A stretch of 49,361 nucleotides of DNA, filler included, from Sphacelaria rigidula (Eukaryota): NCBI GenBank assembly GCA_964200075.2. It is 3 parts of 3 records of this genome, joined end to end, with 100 filler letters (N's around TTAATTAATTAA, not from the genome) between each part and the next. Parts side by side here need not be neighbours in the genome. Positions count along the whole stretch, not along the records: positions 16,491 to 32,880 come from CAXNAA020001379.1; positions 32,981 to 49,361 come from CAXNAA020001380.1; 1 more part is not named here. One strand, given 5' to 3'. Both the position numbers and the translations under genes were made by a program. The notes under the pieces are model-generated. The model saw only the letters and a list, made by a program, of their open reading frames with translations, was not told the DNA's origin and searched no databases. Each line of letters opens with the position of its first letter. Within the stretch, counting starts at the first letter, position 1. Positions 26,775 to 37,649 of the stretch are shown here, one piece after another.

Positions 26775-26968
26775 GTCTGTTAAATCGGCATCACTTTCAC
26801 TTGAAAAAGTATCCATGATCCCGATGGACTAGCATACCCTCTCGGTCTAGATATTAATCCTTTCATGGCGAGGGCGGGCGATCTACTGAATCGGCACCAT
26901 TTATATTATTTTCAGGTGTAAACGATGCCGATTCAACAGATCGCCCACCCTCGCGGCCAAAGGGTTAT
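26775..26968. mobile_element. partial family-B MITE abutting a related element with two left-type arms
   Basis: 26775-26857 matches the family interior and right end. 26853-26968 is a palindrome (gcgagggcgggcgatctactgaatcggca / tgccgattcaacagatcgcccaccctcgc). Confidence 0.6.
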
Positions 26969-27291
26969 GCTGCCTCTGATTTGTACATACGGACTGGTCC
27001 TGGGTGAACGCCCAAAAATTATTCCCCACGCAAAACTGACCCGACAGAGACAAATTTGGTTGTCATGGTGAACCCCACAAACAAGCGAGCAGGGTAATAT
27101 GGACAGAATATTTATTGCGTCCTTTACTGTGGCGGTATAGTAGTGAAAATGTTTCTCGGCCAATCAGGGACCTTCAACTTGTTTCGAAATTAATCATGTG
27201 AATCCCCGATACAGTGACCACGCAATCTCATCAAAAATCAAACATGAGTACTAGTCATCAGCTGGGAAATCTGGCGTAAGAAACGGATTAA

Positions 27292-27389
27292 CCCTTAGAC
27301 GGCGAGGGTGGGTCATATCTTGAACCGGCATCAATTTCACGTGAAAATAGTATGCATGGTCCAGATGGACTACTATCGCGGTCTGAGGG
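27292..27389 (+). mobile_element. 98-bp piggyBac-like MITE (family B)
   Basis: TTAA|CCCTTAGACGGCGAG...ATCGCGGTCTGAGGG|TTAA; interior similar to the 18293 copy. Confidence 0.85.
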
Positions 27390-27789
27390 TTAAACAACGA
27401 TTTTTATGCGATTGAGTTATATGCTCTCAGCCGTAGAGCTCGGAAATGGTTTGTCTCACCACTAACCAGTTGAATGGTACATGATGATTTGGTCATCGGG
27501 CGGTGCAGCCGCGAGCCAAAAAGCCCCCCCCACGGTAGAGGGGGCCCCGCCGGAGACGCTCCCGGAGAGCCACGCTGGAGGCGCCGTGCCGGGGCACGTC
27601 TGTACGCGATTTGGCTTCACTAGAACATTAAATTTGGGCCAATTTTCAAGGACTGTATATAGCATACGTAGCCGGTAACTGTAAATAATGGATTGAAACC
27701 ATTATCCAAGATTTTTCAAATAACCATCACCATTATCACTATCATAATGATGATGGCCAGTTATAACTGGTAGCATTGCTCCCGGCGTG

Positions 27790-27866
27790 AAAAAAAACGC
27801 CGGTAGCATGCTACAATAAAGCAATCCACAGGCACCGCAGGTGAGGTAGGTACCCGGTACCGGTAA
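27790..27866 (+). repeat. dispersed ~75-bp repeat, second copy at 30845-30921
   Basis: aaaaaacgccggtagcatgctacaa..aagcaatccacaggcaccgcaggtgaggtag.tacccggtaccggta is shared. Confidence 0.85.
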
Positions 27867-28304
27867 TTTGGACTTCTACGAGCTGGGCCATCAGTTAATC
27901 CCGCTTTCGCTTTCTACACCACAACTTCTCGAGTTTTCCAAATCAGTGCGACTTGAGCATATCGCTGGAAAGTGCAGAACAACCTGGTAACACACGGCAC
28001 CGCCACTGAAGGAAGAAAAACTATGAAAATAAAGGAGCTGCATAATTTAGCGGTTGCACTGCGAGAATCGGTCAGTGTTCACCTTGTCGGGATCTATCGC
28101 GACATGTGGGCGCACGGGTGATGCAGAACATGCTTTCTTTTTCATTACGAGTACTGAAAACAACAGGTGCATGCCCGCAGACGTTTCCGACAACACATCG
28201 AACGGTGCCGTGTGATTGGTTGAAGAGGCCTTGACTCGCTACGCCCGTGTTGGCTCTGTCTGCGTCGTCTCGTCCCGATATCTGTTGTTGTCCCTATAAC
28301 CAGG

Positions 28305-28864
28305 ATCATGGGACTACCAGCTTTTGTAGCAGCCACAGCCGCCGGAGTCAACACTGTGACTGCTGTTCTCACGCGCGCTTCAGCACGAGAGAAGGCCAAG
28401 GCAGAAGCCGCCGTTGGTGAGCTGCTTGCCCGCGAGTCGCTCTGCCGAGTGGCGTTGGGGGGCACAAGTGCCATGTTCCTCTTGGTGGCGGCGGTAGGGG
28501 CGTTCAAGTGGTGGAAGGAGCACAAGAGGTGCAACGAATTGGAGCTCGGCGCTCAGGTTATTTCCAGGACATTTCCAGGACATGAGAATTTCCCGGAGAT
28601 CACCTGAGCGCTGAGCTCCAGTTCGTTGCACCTCTTGTGCTTCCTCCACCCCTTGAACGCCCCTACCGCCGCCGCCAAGGGGATCATGGCACTTGTGCCC
28701 TTCAACGCCACTCGGCAGAGCGACTCGCGGGCAAGCAGCTCACCAACGGCGGCTTCTGCCTTGGCGTTTTCCTCTCGAGCTGAAGCGCGCGTGAGACCAG
28801 CAGTCACAGTGCTGACTCCGGCGGCTGTGGCTGCTACGAAAGCTGGTGCGAGTAGTCCCATGAT
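28305..28864. repeat. long inverted repeat (arms ~270 nt, loop ~13 nt) formed by two convergent copies of a small ORF; candidate hairpin RNA
   Basis: 28305-28573 is the near reverse complement of 28587-28864. ORFs 28308-28607 (+) and 28861-28553 (-) encode near-identical peptides. Confidence 0.95.
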
Positions 28865-29049
28865 GCTCTTCTAACACCTATAATAATTATAAATTGAATA
28901 ATTAATTCATTGCTTCAAGATTGTTTGAGGATGGTTGGTTGAGATTGAATTTAATTCCAAAGTGGAGCTCCTAACGGCGTTACTGACACATTCGTACGTA
29001 AGTAAGCGGTACAGCGTCCACTCTGACGAAGTACATGCTACACACTAGA

Positions 29050-30250
29050 GGCTGGTTCAGGCTTAAAACCCTGAAAACACTCATCGGCGAAAGCTCACCT
29101 CGTTTCCAGGAGTTAGATCTTTACACTAGATGTTCTATGGGGCATTACGCATATTCCGAAGGTCGAGGTTACGTTTTTTTTACTTTTTCACCGTTTTTCG
29201 GGGGTCCCAGTTTTTTCGGCGAAACATCGATCCCATCGGACCCCCGTGAAACGGCAAAGAACAAAATCTCAAAAAACCTCGTTCATCCATAGTTACGTAA
29301 TGACCCATAGCACAGTTGTGCAAAATTTCAGGGTCTAACTTCGTGGAACGGCGCGAGGTTTTTCGCTTTTGTGCGATGAACTGTGACGTGCCGCGGTGAA
29401 ACCGCTAACTACTTGATTTTAGTACCAAAAGGGCGGGTTTGGGCCTTCTTCGACGTGAACATGAAAATTCAACCGTCCGTTGATCGATTTTTACGACGAA
29501 ATTTTGTGGGTTCATTCCTTGGGTTATGCGGCGACAGCTCGTTTGCCAAAAAATGAGGAAAAATATTTCGTAGTGCCGGTTTTCCGGGGTCCCGGAATGG
29601 AGACTACTTCGGAAAACGACTTGGATCCTGTCGGACCCCCGAGAAACGGTGAAGAACTAGAAAAAAAAATCGTCCATGGAAAGGTGCGTACTGACACATG
29701 GCATATTTGTGCAAAGTTTCAGGGTCTAACTCCTAATAACGGCGTGAAGGTTCGCGGGTCTGTGGAGGACTGGCTTGCAACGTGCAACTCCTTACTACGT
29801 GGTTTTTGTGTGGAAACGTCTTTTGGGTGAATTTTACGTCATGGCAAGAAAAACTGTATGAGGTTCTCGAGTTTCTCCACCAAACGTTGTACATGTGTTC
29901 CTTGGAGTATCCCGAGACGCATCATTTTATTATTTTTCTTCTGGGGCATTCTGTACCGCCTCCCGGGAGTCTTCATACGGGGACCCCCGGAAGCCGGTAC
30001 AGAACGGAGAAACCATGAAATATTGTCAAGGAAACCATTTTTCGATTTTGATCATCAGTATCTACGTAATTGCCAAGTTTGAGAGTGATCTGAGCTTTTC
30101 TACAACAGATAGAAGGGACACCGTCACGAGGCTCCCTGGGTCTTTCGTGCGTATCACTAGTGGGAAATTAGACGACGCCAACACCCGACATCACCGAAAC
30201 ATCACGGTTTCGGTAATCATTCAACCCCCGTAGTAACCGTTTTCAACTAT
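29050..30250. mobile_element. decayed non-autonomous element(s) with internal direct and inverted modules
   Basis: gtgcaaa(a/g)tttcagggtctaact occurs at ~29318 and ~29709, with an inverted relative at ~29100-29150; tcggaccccc at ~29237 and ~29631. Boundaries are approximate. Confidence 0.5.
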
Positions 30251-30599
30251 GTTTTTTTCGTTAGATGCCCGAGCCGATGACGGTTACTGCCATTTGAAGC
30301 ATGTGGAGATTGGGTAAAAATTAGGCTTGGAATTCGTAATTTTGATCTCTGAACAATTTGACGGGCGCTGATTGGTCGATGTACCTTTTCGCCCTTAGCG
30401 CTACCGTTATGGCCTTACACACAAATCCGTCTGTGTCACGCTCTTCAGCTGTCCATGGCGGTCAGTATGATATCATGTGTGCGACTATTGGGTAGGTGTT
30501 GCGAAATGCATTTGCTGATGACACAATTTTGGGTGATGAGCGTGAACCAGCCTGTATACATACTACAACGGTACCGTTGTAATATATTGTTCCTCTTTT

Positions 30600-30670
30600 T
30601 TCCAAAAAATAAATTTCAATCCCAATCAACCATCCAACCATCCATCCTCACACAGTCCTTCATTGATTCA
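30600..30670 (+). repeat. dispersed ccaaccatccatcctc repeat (also 25565-25625 on +, 28895-28960 on -)
   Basis: Shared ccaaa..aatcccaa.caacc.tccaaccatccatcctca..ca.tc motif. Confidence 0.7.
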
Positions 30671-31231
30671 TAAGCATAAAATATATACATAGGTTTCCCC
30701 TATACCTCTGATCACAAAGCTCCGATCATCGTCAAACGTGGCAATTTGGCACATATAGGCACACTCCAAATCGAAAACAAGAATCGATGAACATGGTTTC
30801 AAAGTTTATTCTCTCTCTACCGGCTTCCGGGGGTCCCGGCGTCAAGAAAAAACGCCGGTAGCATGCTACAAGCAAGCAATCCACAGGCACCGCAGGTGAG
30901 GTAGATACCCGGTACCGGTACTTGGGACATCTCAAACCCTACCAATACCGGTCCAATCGGGTATTTTCAAAACTCATACCTACGATACCCACGCATACCG
31001 CCGTATGAGATACCCCGGTAAATACCGAAAGTACGCTCGATACGGTACCTTACCTACGGTTCCCGTGAAGCAATCCGGGGGTTCCGCGTACATTTGTACT
31101 TCAACGCACACGCGCCCGCGATATCTCACCCGGGCTTTTCTATTTAGTCCCCGAAAATTCGCACCCGTGTGTTACGGGGTGCTGCAAAATTGACGATGAA
31201 TGAGGTATTCCAAAAATATATAATCCGCCGC

Positions 31232-31825
31232 GCCCCGGTGGTGTAATGGTCCTACTGTCGCCATGAGGGTGGAAAGAATGGAGGTTCGATTCCCGATGCG
31301 TTGGTTCTTTTCTCAGTAGTGTATGATTTCCACCGTGGAAAGCGTGAGAACGTGAGTAAACAAAGAAGTCGACTGGGTTTGTGTGACGAGAGTTGACGCG
31401 GTACCGCGGGAGTGCTGGTCATGATCCAATCCGCGAGACCAAAATGCAAGGCGCGTACCGGGGGAGAGATGCGTTGATCCCTTGAGACCACGGACTCATC
31501 CCGAGGAAGGGGAGGGGTTCAAAGTGTGAGGAGAAAAAAAATCGCCAGGTATCCGATAATAGCACCGTACTATGAGAGTGGTTCTGTGCAAGATCTTTCC
31601 AACCGAAGCAATGTGGCAGAGGCTGGCTATTTATTTTATTTTGATGTCTTGTTCCACTATGTTGTTCTGTTATACCTTTTTTGTTTCTTCATTTTTCTTG
31701 AGCGAGTATTTCAGTTTTGTTTTGCCTCGGGTACGTCTATCCTGTGACCACGGCTGGATCATGACTCCTGAGGGGTCAGTTCAAGTGCGACAATCAATCA
31801 ATCAATCAATCAACCAATCAATCAA
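31232..31825 (+). mobile_element. tRNA-derived SINE (~590 bp)
   Basis: Pol III box A TGGTGTAATGG (31239-31249) and box B GGTTCGATTCC (31283-31293) in a degenerate tRNA head, a unique body, and a (CAAT)n tail at 31791-31825. Confidence 0.8.
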
Positions 31826-32249
31826 AATTATTATCGGAGTCGGTACCTTGTATCGACCTTGAGTATTTCATGAGAAAAACTGTTTTTCCTAACCTTCCTC
31901 TAGCGGGCGGATTTAATCGGATTTCGTTTTCTGCTTCTCCGATCGGATCATTGGCAGAGGCGACGGAAACTTTCCGGAAATACCCCACCGCTTAGAACGG
32001 CTCTGGGTTGTCGCTTCACAAGCTCTTAATTGCCCAAACTCTGCGCTGCGGGGTACACACCCTCAAGCAATATCCCTCGTGCTTTTTTTTGTAGTGTTGT
32101 CACCTTGGGTAGGTACGTCTCTCGTGCGGATAATGACAAGGGCTTGCTCCCTCGGGCATGAATTAATGTGCAACAGCGTATGAACCTGAACAATCATATG
32201 TCGGACAGCTCATGAGCTGCCTAAAATAACGAATCGAAGAGGACTCTTA

Positions 32250-32725
32250 GACCCACTTTTATGGCAACGAATATCGATTTGTACAGATATGGGGATTTCA
32301 GACCGTCTACAGACTGTTTTCTCCCATGGATTGATTGTTTTGACCCCAGTCCGTCGGGTATTACTTTTCGGCTAGCTGTGAGCAAACCAGATCACTTCTC
32401 CGATTTTCTGGACGTTTACTTTCGGTATACCAACTCTTTGCCCAAATCGGGACACTCCCACATCTCCCCCAATTTTCCCCCGATTGAAAAAAAAAAATCG
32501 GGGGAGATGCGGGGGGGAGTCTCCCGATTTGAGCAGAGAGTTGGTATACCGAAAGTAAACGTCCAGAGAATCGGAGAAGTGATCTGGTTTGCTCACAAAT
32601 AGCCGAAAAACATTGCCCAACGGACTGGGGTCCGAAAAATCAATCCTACGGGAGAAAATCGCCTGTAGTCGGGCTGAAATCCTCATATTTGTACAAATCG
32701 AGATCCGTTGCCATAAAAGTGGGTC
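32250..32725. mobile_element. fold-back MITE, PIF/Harbinger (Tourist)-like, ~210-bp TIRs, TTA target-site duplication
   Basis: GACCCACTTTTATGGCAACG...CGTTGCCATAAAAGTGGGTC, flanked by TTA at 32247-32249 and 32726-32728; almost the whole element is palindromic. Confidence 0.85.
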
Positions 32726-32880
32726 TTAGATCAGTTGTCCTAAAACGCAAAATACGCGACAGTAGAGTCAGAGAAGCCATTTCCGTCCCTCTACTTGTAA
32801 GAAGGGGGGGGGAGTCATTGGACGTTCTAGTGTGGTACGTCCCGACTGACGGGGGTGGTTGAGAGTTGAGATATTACAGG

Positions 32881-32980
32881 NNNNNNNNNNNNNNNNNNNN
32901 NNNNNNNNNNNNNNNNNNNNNNNNTTAATTAATTAANNNNNNNNNNNNNNNNNNNNNNNNNNNNNNNNNNNNNNNNNNNN
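32881..32980. other. assembly gap with artificial six-frame-stop linker
   Basis: N44-TTAATTAATTAA-N44. Confidence 0.97.
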
Positions 32981-33254
32981 GCTCGCCCTATTCATTTTTA
33001 GGCCAACGAGCAGCCCAACGAGTGCGAGTGCCACGAGTGCCACTCGTGCTCGTCCGACGTTTGCAATTTTCGAAGGAAGGCCCTCCGGGAGGGGGGAGGG
33101 GGGTTACGTGTCCGAAAAATTTCTCCGCACTGCCCTCTGGTCGGAATTGGACTTATTCAAATGTCATACTTCGTAGTGATCACTGGATTAATATCCAGCA
33201 CTGGCTATTCCGCTCAGTGGCTTTCGTGATCTCAACACTCTTCTTCTTGCTATA

Positions 33255-33441
33255 GGTTTGATAGCGACCAGTGTGCAAAAACTTGTGCACCCTGTGATCC
33301 ATCGTCTTTACGGCGCAATGGTTCCCGTCTGTTGTTTTCACCGAGAAGGCGCAGTATTGCTTACTTTCTGCCCACACATGCACTGCAAGAAATACAGGAG
33401 AACGCAGGCGAGGTGGCGTTCAGGAGAGCTTCAAGTTCGCC
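33255..33441 (+). CDS. candidate orphan exon
   Basis: Pyrimidine tract plus ctatag| acceptor, open frame FDSDQCAKTCAPC...RRASSSP, donor |gtaata; no recognised homology. Confidence 0.2.
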
Positions 33442-35273
33442 GGTAATATTGCAGAGCTATCTTGTACGCCGCAGTCGTCCTAACCGACACCGCTGGTCTT
33501 TACTGTTCTGGGCATCAGCTGGGTTGGCCTTGAATCGTCGATTCTGGCCACTTTTGTGACGTTTTTTATCCGTTGGGCCGCATTTGTGCGCTCATGGAAT
33601 ATTGTCAACCACTGAGTTCTAGAGTATCGAGTCGTCATGAGGTATACCTTCTCCTAGCCACCACCCTAATTCGACGGGTTTTGAAACGGAGATGAAGGCA
33701 TCGTATATGTTTGCCACTTCACTGTCGTACTGCTGTAGAATAATACATAAACAAGAACTTAGTGTTCATTTCGAGCCTTAGGTTTCTGTGACACGGCTTG
33801 ACAAAAGTTTAAGGGAGTACCGGAACTTAATGGTGTTGTGTTCTCGACGTTTTGCCGTTTGGACACGGGTAATATACGAGCCGGTCCTGACGAAGGATAC
33901 CTCAAGTGCCTTGGGCGATATTTTACTTGAGATATCAAAAGTGAAACCTGACAACTTTTATGGTGTCCGGTGCCGGGTGTTCCAGCGGCAGGTATAGTCC
34001 CGTGTAAATTAAATTGGGAACGGAGATACGCCACCCTCCTCAAGATTAAAAACCCCGAGTAACATAACCCTAGATATGTACATTCCTTGGGAACTCGGTA
34101 ATTGTACACATCGTTGCAGGTGTCTCAAACAACATGTTTCGGTGAGGTTTCCCGTAAATGAAAATCGACACACCCAGGCACCGAAAGATGAAACGTGGTG
34201 TGCGTTTTTTCGGGGGTGGTGATATTGACGTCATGCCCCCCCTAAGAGTCTGAATGCATTTTTCAGCTGGTAGCGGATGGGGATGTCCGAGCTGGCAGTT
34301 CCTCGTCGGAAGCTGCACCGTTGGAAGACAAGGAGGGTAATCGAGTTGCCTCAACAGCAGCATTTGAAGAAAGACCGCGTGTCGCATTTCTGGCGAAGCA
34401 GCTGTCTGGGGACTGCAAAAAATGGGCAAGACCTCCAACCCACGAGCTCTGTAGGAGCGACGCACAAGCATACGGCTGATAATCCGATTCCTGATCCGAT
34501 GCGATTCATTCAATCGCACGGTGCATTATGTACGATATCTTTCTGACCCGCAGAGATCATGTTGCGTTCGATCCTCCACTTGTCGTTCTTGTTTCGCCTA
34601 TTCTTGGCTTGAAAAAATGAAAAAACCGTGGGGGGTGGTTTATAGACCAAACATCTACGGGCATCCTTGACCCAAGGTAGCCAGTGTAACCCGACAGAAA
34701 CAGACGACGCACGGTACTACGACAATAGACGGAAGAAGTACAAACATCAGTCTAGAAGTATACTGGTGAACTTCTTGAGATTTTCAATATTTGAGTGCCC
34801 ACAAGTTGAAATTCCTCCCCGCGGGGGGAGGAGGGGGCTGTGTGTCCGAATTTCAGTCTACGAGCACCCTCGTAGTGCGGCCATGAATTTCGAACGGCGA
34901 CAACTTGGATGTCGCAACAGAAGCTACCGCGCTGCTCTCGCTTTGATGTCAGCAATTCGCGCGGAAAATTTCAGGACAATTGAGCAAGCACTCAGTAACC
35001 ACGTTGACTATCGCACACAACCGGTCCTTCCCTAACTGCTACGGCAGGTCGTATTCGATTTTTCGCGGTTGTATATTTGTGTATAATGATGAAAGCGCTC
35101 ACATTACCGGTTAGCCGGTCAGCGCGCGGCGACCTCCGGGGTGGTGTGTTCGGTTGCAGGGCACCTGTTTTTCTGTGTTACGCTATTGCGAATGCTGCTT
35201 TCTAACGATATTTTCTAGTCGCGATGGCAAAATAATGCTAGATAGTGACGGGTCCTAACCAGCCGCTACTCAC

Positions 35274-35493
35274 CCATATGGTCAAAGGTGAGATAAATAT
35301 CTCGCCCATTTTCCGCCTTGACGACGTGTTGCAGGCGGATAATATTGTCGTGTCCCGCGAGTGCCTGTAGATACATAATCTCCCGGAATGTCCTCTGTGC
35401 GTCCGTGGCGTTCCGGAACGCATCAAAGCACTTCTTTAGCGCCAATACTTGGCGACTTCGCTTCTCGATCGCCTTCCAGACAACACCGTATGC
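35274..35493 (-). CDS. MAPK15: MAPK15/ERK7-like MAP kinase exon 2 (kinase subdomains I-V)
   Basis: AYGVVWKAIEKRSRQVLALKKCFDAFRNATDAQRTFREIMYLQALAGHDNIIRLQHVVKAENGRDIYLTFDHM. FDAFRNxTDAQRTFREI is the ERK7 signature; acceptor tcacag|, donor G|gtgagt. Confidence 0.92.
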
Positions 35494-35561
35494 CTGTGAA
35501 AAATGAAATTGTCGGAGATATCGGCAGGTGGATCGTCTACGAAAAGAAGGTACGATGTATG

Positions 35562-35867
35562 ACAACGTTTTCGTGAGATTGAGAGTAGAGGATACGATTG
35601 AGAGTGAAGAGCGGTCAATTAGTGAATGAGTCGTTTCAGTTCCGAAATGCCCCTCCACGAGACCTGATATGCTTTCTGTGGCAGCTTGGCCACTGAGCCC
35701 CTTGATAACCCTAAGTAGGTTATCGACGTGTTGTAGCTGTGAGAACACGCTAGTGATGAAGGCAAATACAAGCACAAAAGGAACGAAAAAAATGGCTAGG
35801 TTAAAGCGAATTACCGGGGCCACTCTCAATCAGCGCTCTACTCTCAATCTCACGAAAACATTGTTGT
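35562..35867 (-). mobile_element. family-C MITE in MAPK intron 1
   Basis: Same TIRs and interior as 15960-16260, opposite orientation; explains the spurious N-terminal half of ORF 35266-35829. Confidence 0.8.
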
Positions 35868-36396
35868 ATGTGATGCGTGTGGCATCACTTGGCTGCAATA
35901 TATAGCCCTGCTCTGAATTCCACATGTCTTAATGCATTCATGCACCCATCTATTTACACATGATAGAAGCTATCCCCTTCGTCTTCGGCAAATGGAGTCG
36001 TCGCGGGATGTTGATCGAGGATATATATGTGCCGCTGTTAACAGCTAGGACATACGAATACATACGTTTCGGGGTACGTGCACTCAATTAGTTGCTGTGT
36101 ACCGTCGATAATGTAGCACTGTGGCAATTGAGTTGATTGACGTGCTGCTGTTCACCTAATAATGGGGCAAGACACGGGGCATTTGAGCCTCCAAGTGTTG
36201 CGTGCGCGGGCATCGTTCCATTTCTTGTGTGGGCGTTGGTTTCTTCCTCGGGTAAAATTAGAAGCATGGCCGAAATGTAAGCATGAGGCGTCTCTACTTG
36301 GCTTCTGGCATGTGTGTGTTAGACTAACAACACAACCTCCCTGCCGTAGTATTGTTGTGCCGAGAGAGGTTTCTTATCACGTCGCCTGCCACTCAC

Positions 36397-36462
36397 CCCT
36401 TTCCCCAGTTTTTGGCATATCTCGAAGCGGCGAAGTACGTGTCTGTCGATATCCTCACTCAT
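36397..36462 (-). CDS. MAPK15: MAPK15/ERK7-like MAP kinase exon 1 (MSEDIDRHVLRRFEICQKLGKG)
   Basis: N-terminus characteristic of ERK7/MAPK15 kinases, running into the Gly-rich loop; donor |gtgagt, phase 0. Confidence 0.88.
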
Positions 36463-37556
36463 TGCTGTTGTTGCCTGGGGTGACCGATGCGTGTCTTGCG
36501 TATCTAGTAATCCAAGGTTTTGCATACATTGCATGTAACACAACATGCATTTTTGCGCGGTACATGCCCCTCCACAATCGGGACAAGATACAGGCGACCC
36601 TGAGAACGTGTTCGGAGGATTTCAAAGAAATAAGATATTTTCTCCTATATCTCATGACATTTTGTATGATCGATAATGTCCAATGACCAAATGATCGGTG
36701 AGTACAGCGCAGTCAATACCTCTACCTCGGTCCGACGAGGTTGTTCCCTTCCGTATGTCAAAGAAATGAAGGGCTCAGCGCCGAGCAGAAACTTCGCGAC
36801 TGGATTCAATGCAGGCCTGTTATTGCATTGCATTACCATGTTTATCTTTTCCGTGTGCAGTGAGTCTGTGTAGCGGGTAGTTGGTGATCGCGAAGGAATA
36901 CGACAAAACAAGTCCTCTTCCTCCTGTCGTATCTCTTCGATTGATCGCGAGTCCATCCGGGATTAAGATATACCCATATCAAAGTTCAAGGTCTACGCAT
37001 GCGGTTTTCGAACCTACTACCTACTTGGAAGGACAACAGAAGAGCATATGGTGCAAAGAACAGCGGGTCAATATGCATGGTACAGCCGGTTTTACGACAA
37101 CAGTAGTAGTAAGCACTAGTCCGTTGCATTCTTCGAGGATTTCGCATGGCTACGTGCAGACAGTTCGTAATCCTTGACAAGCAATCTGTTTCACGACATA
37201 TGTGGCGCTGATTCGGAGCAGTCGTCCCTAAAATGAAATAAAATCCAAAACATGTTCCTGAAATAGACTAAAACCTCGCGTTGGGTTTATCTATCGACAC
37301 AAGATCGACATGTAGACGCGACAACGCTCGTATAATGGTTAGGGGTGATATTGAACGTGATAATGAGTGGAGCATAACACATGTATATTCCAATATTTGG
37401 ATAAAGACAGAACTCATACGGCATCACAATCCGCGACATCACTCAACACGCCAACGTAGCACACCTGGTCACAACAAATCCCTCCGACACCACCTGCCCT
37501 TCACCTGACTCGAACTGGGCGTGCCGTACTGCTGTGCCTAAGTAAACCTGATAAAT
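36463..37556. promoter_or_regulatory. divergent intergenic region / probable bidirectional promoter and 5' UTRs
   Basis: Lies between the divergent start codons of the kinase (-) and oxidoreductase (+); no specific motifs identified. Confidence 0.45.
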
Positions 37557-37649
37557 ATGACTGTCGGACAAAACGGTACCATGCGAGATGAAGGACCTCT
37601 TCGGTGGGGAATCATGGGCGCGGGCCGCGTGTGTCACGACTTCGTTCAG
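37557..37649 (+). CDS. DHDH: oxidoreductase exon 1 (MTVGQNGTMRDEGPLRWGIMGAGRVCHDFVQ)
   Basis: First ATG after an in-frame TAA (alternative ATG at 37581); Rossmann GxGxI/V motif; donor CAG|gtactc. Not in the ORF track because it is short. Confidence 0.85.

Noticed and set aside
31232-31305. tRNA gene
   Set aside because: A and B boxes are present, but the acceptor and anticodon stems do not pair properly; better explained as a SINE head.
32261-32686. Two similar ORFs on opposite strands
   Set aside because: Consequence of the TIRs of a TSD-flanked fold-back MITE.
35494-35829. N-terminal extension of the 187-aa kinase ORF
   Set aside because: Intron 1 sequence containing a family-C MITE; the true exon 1 is at 36397-36462.
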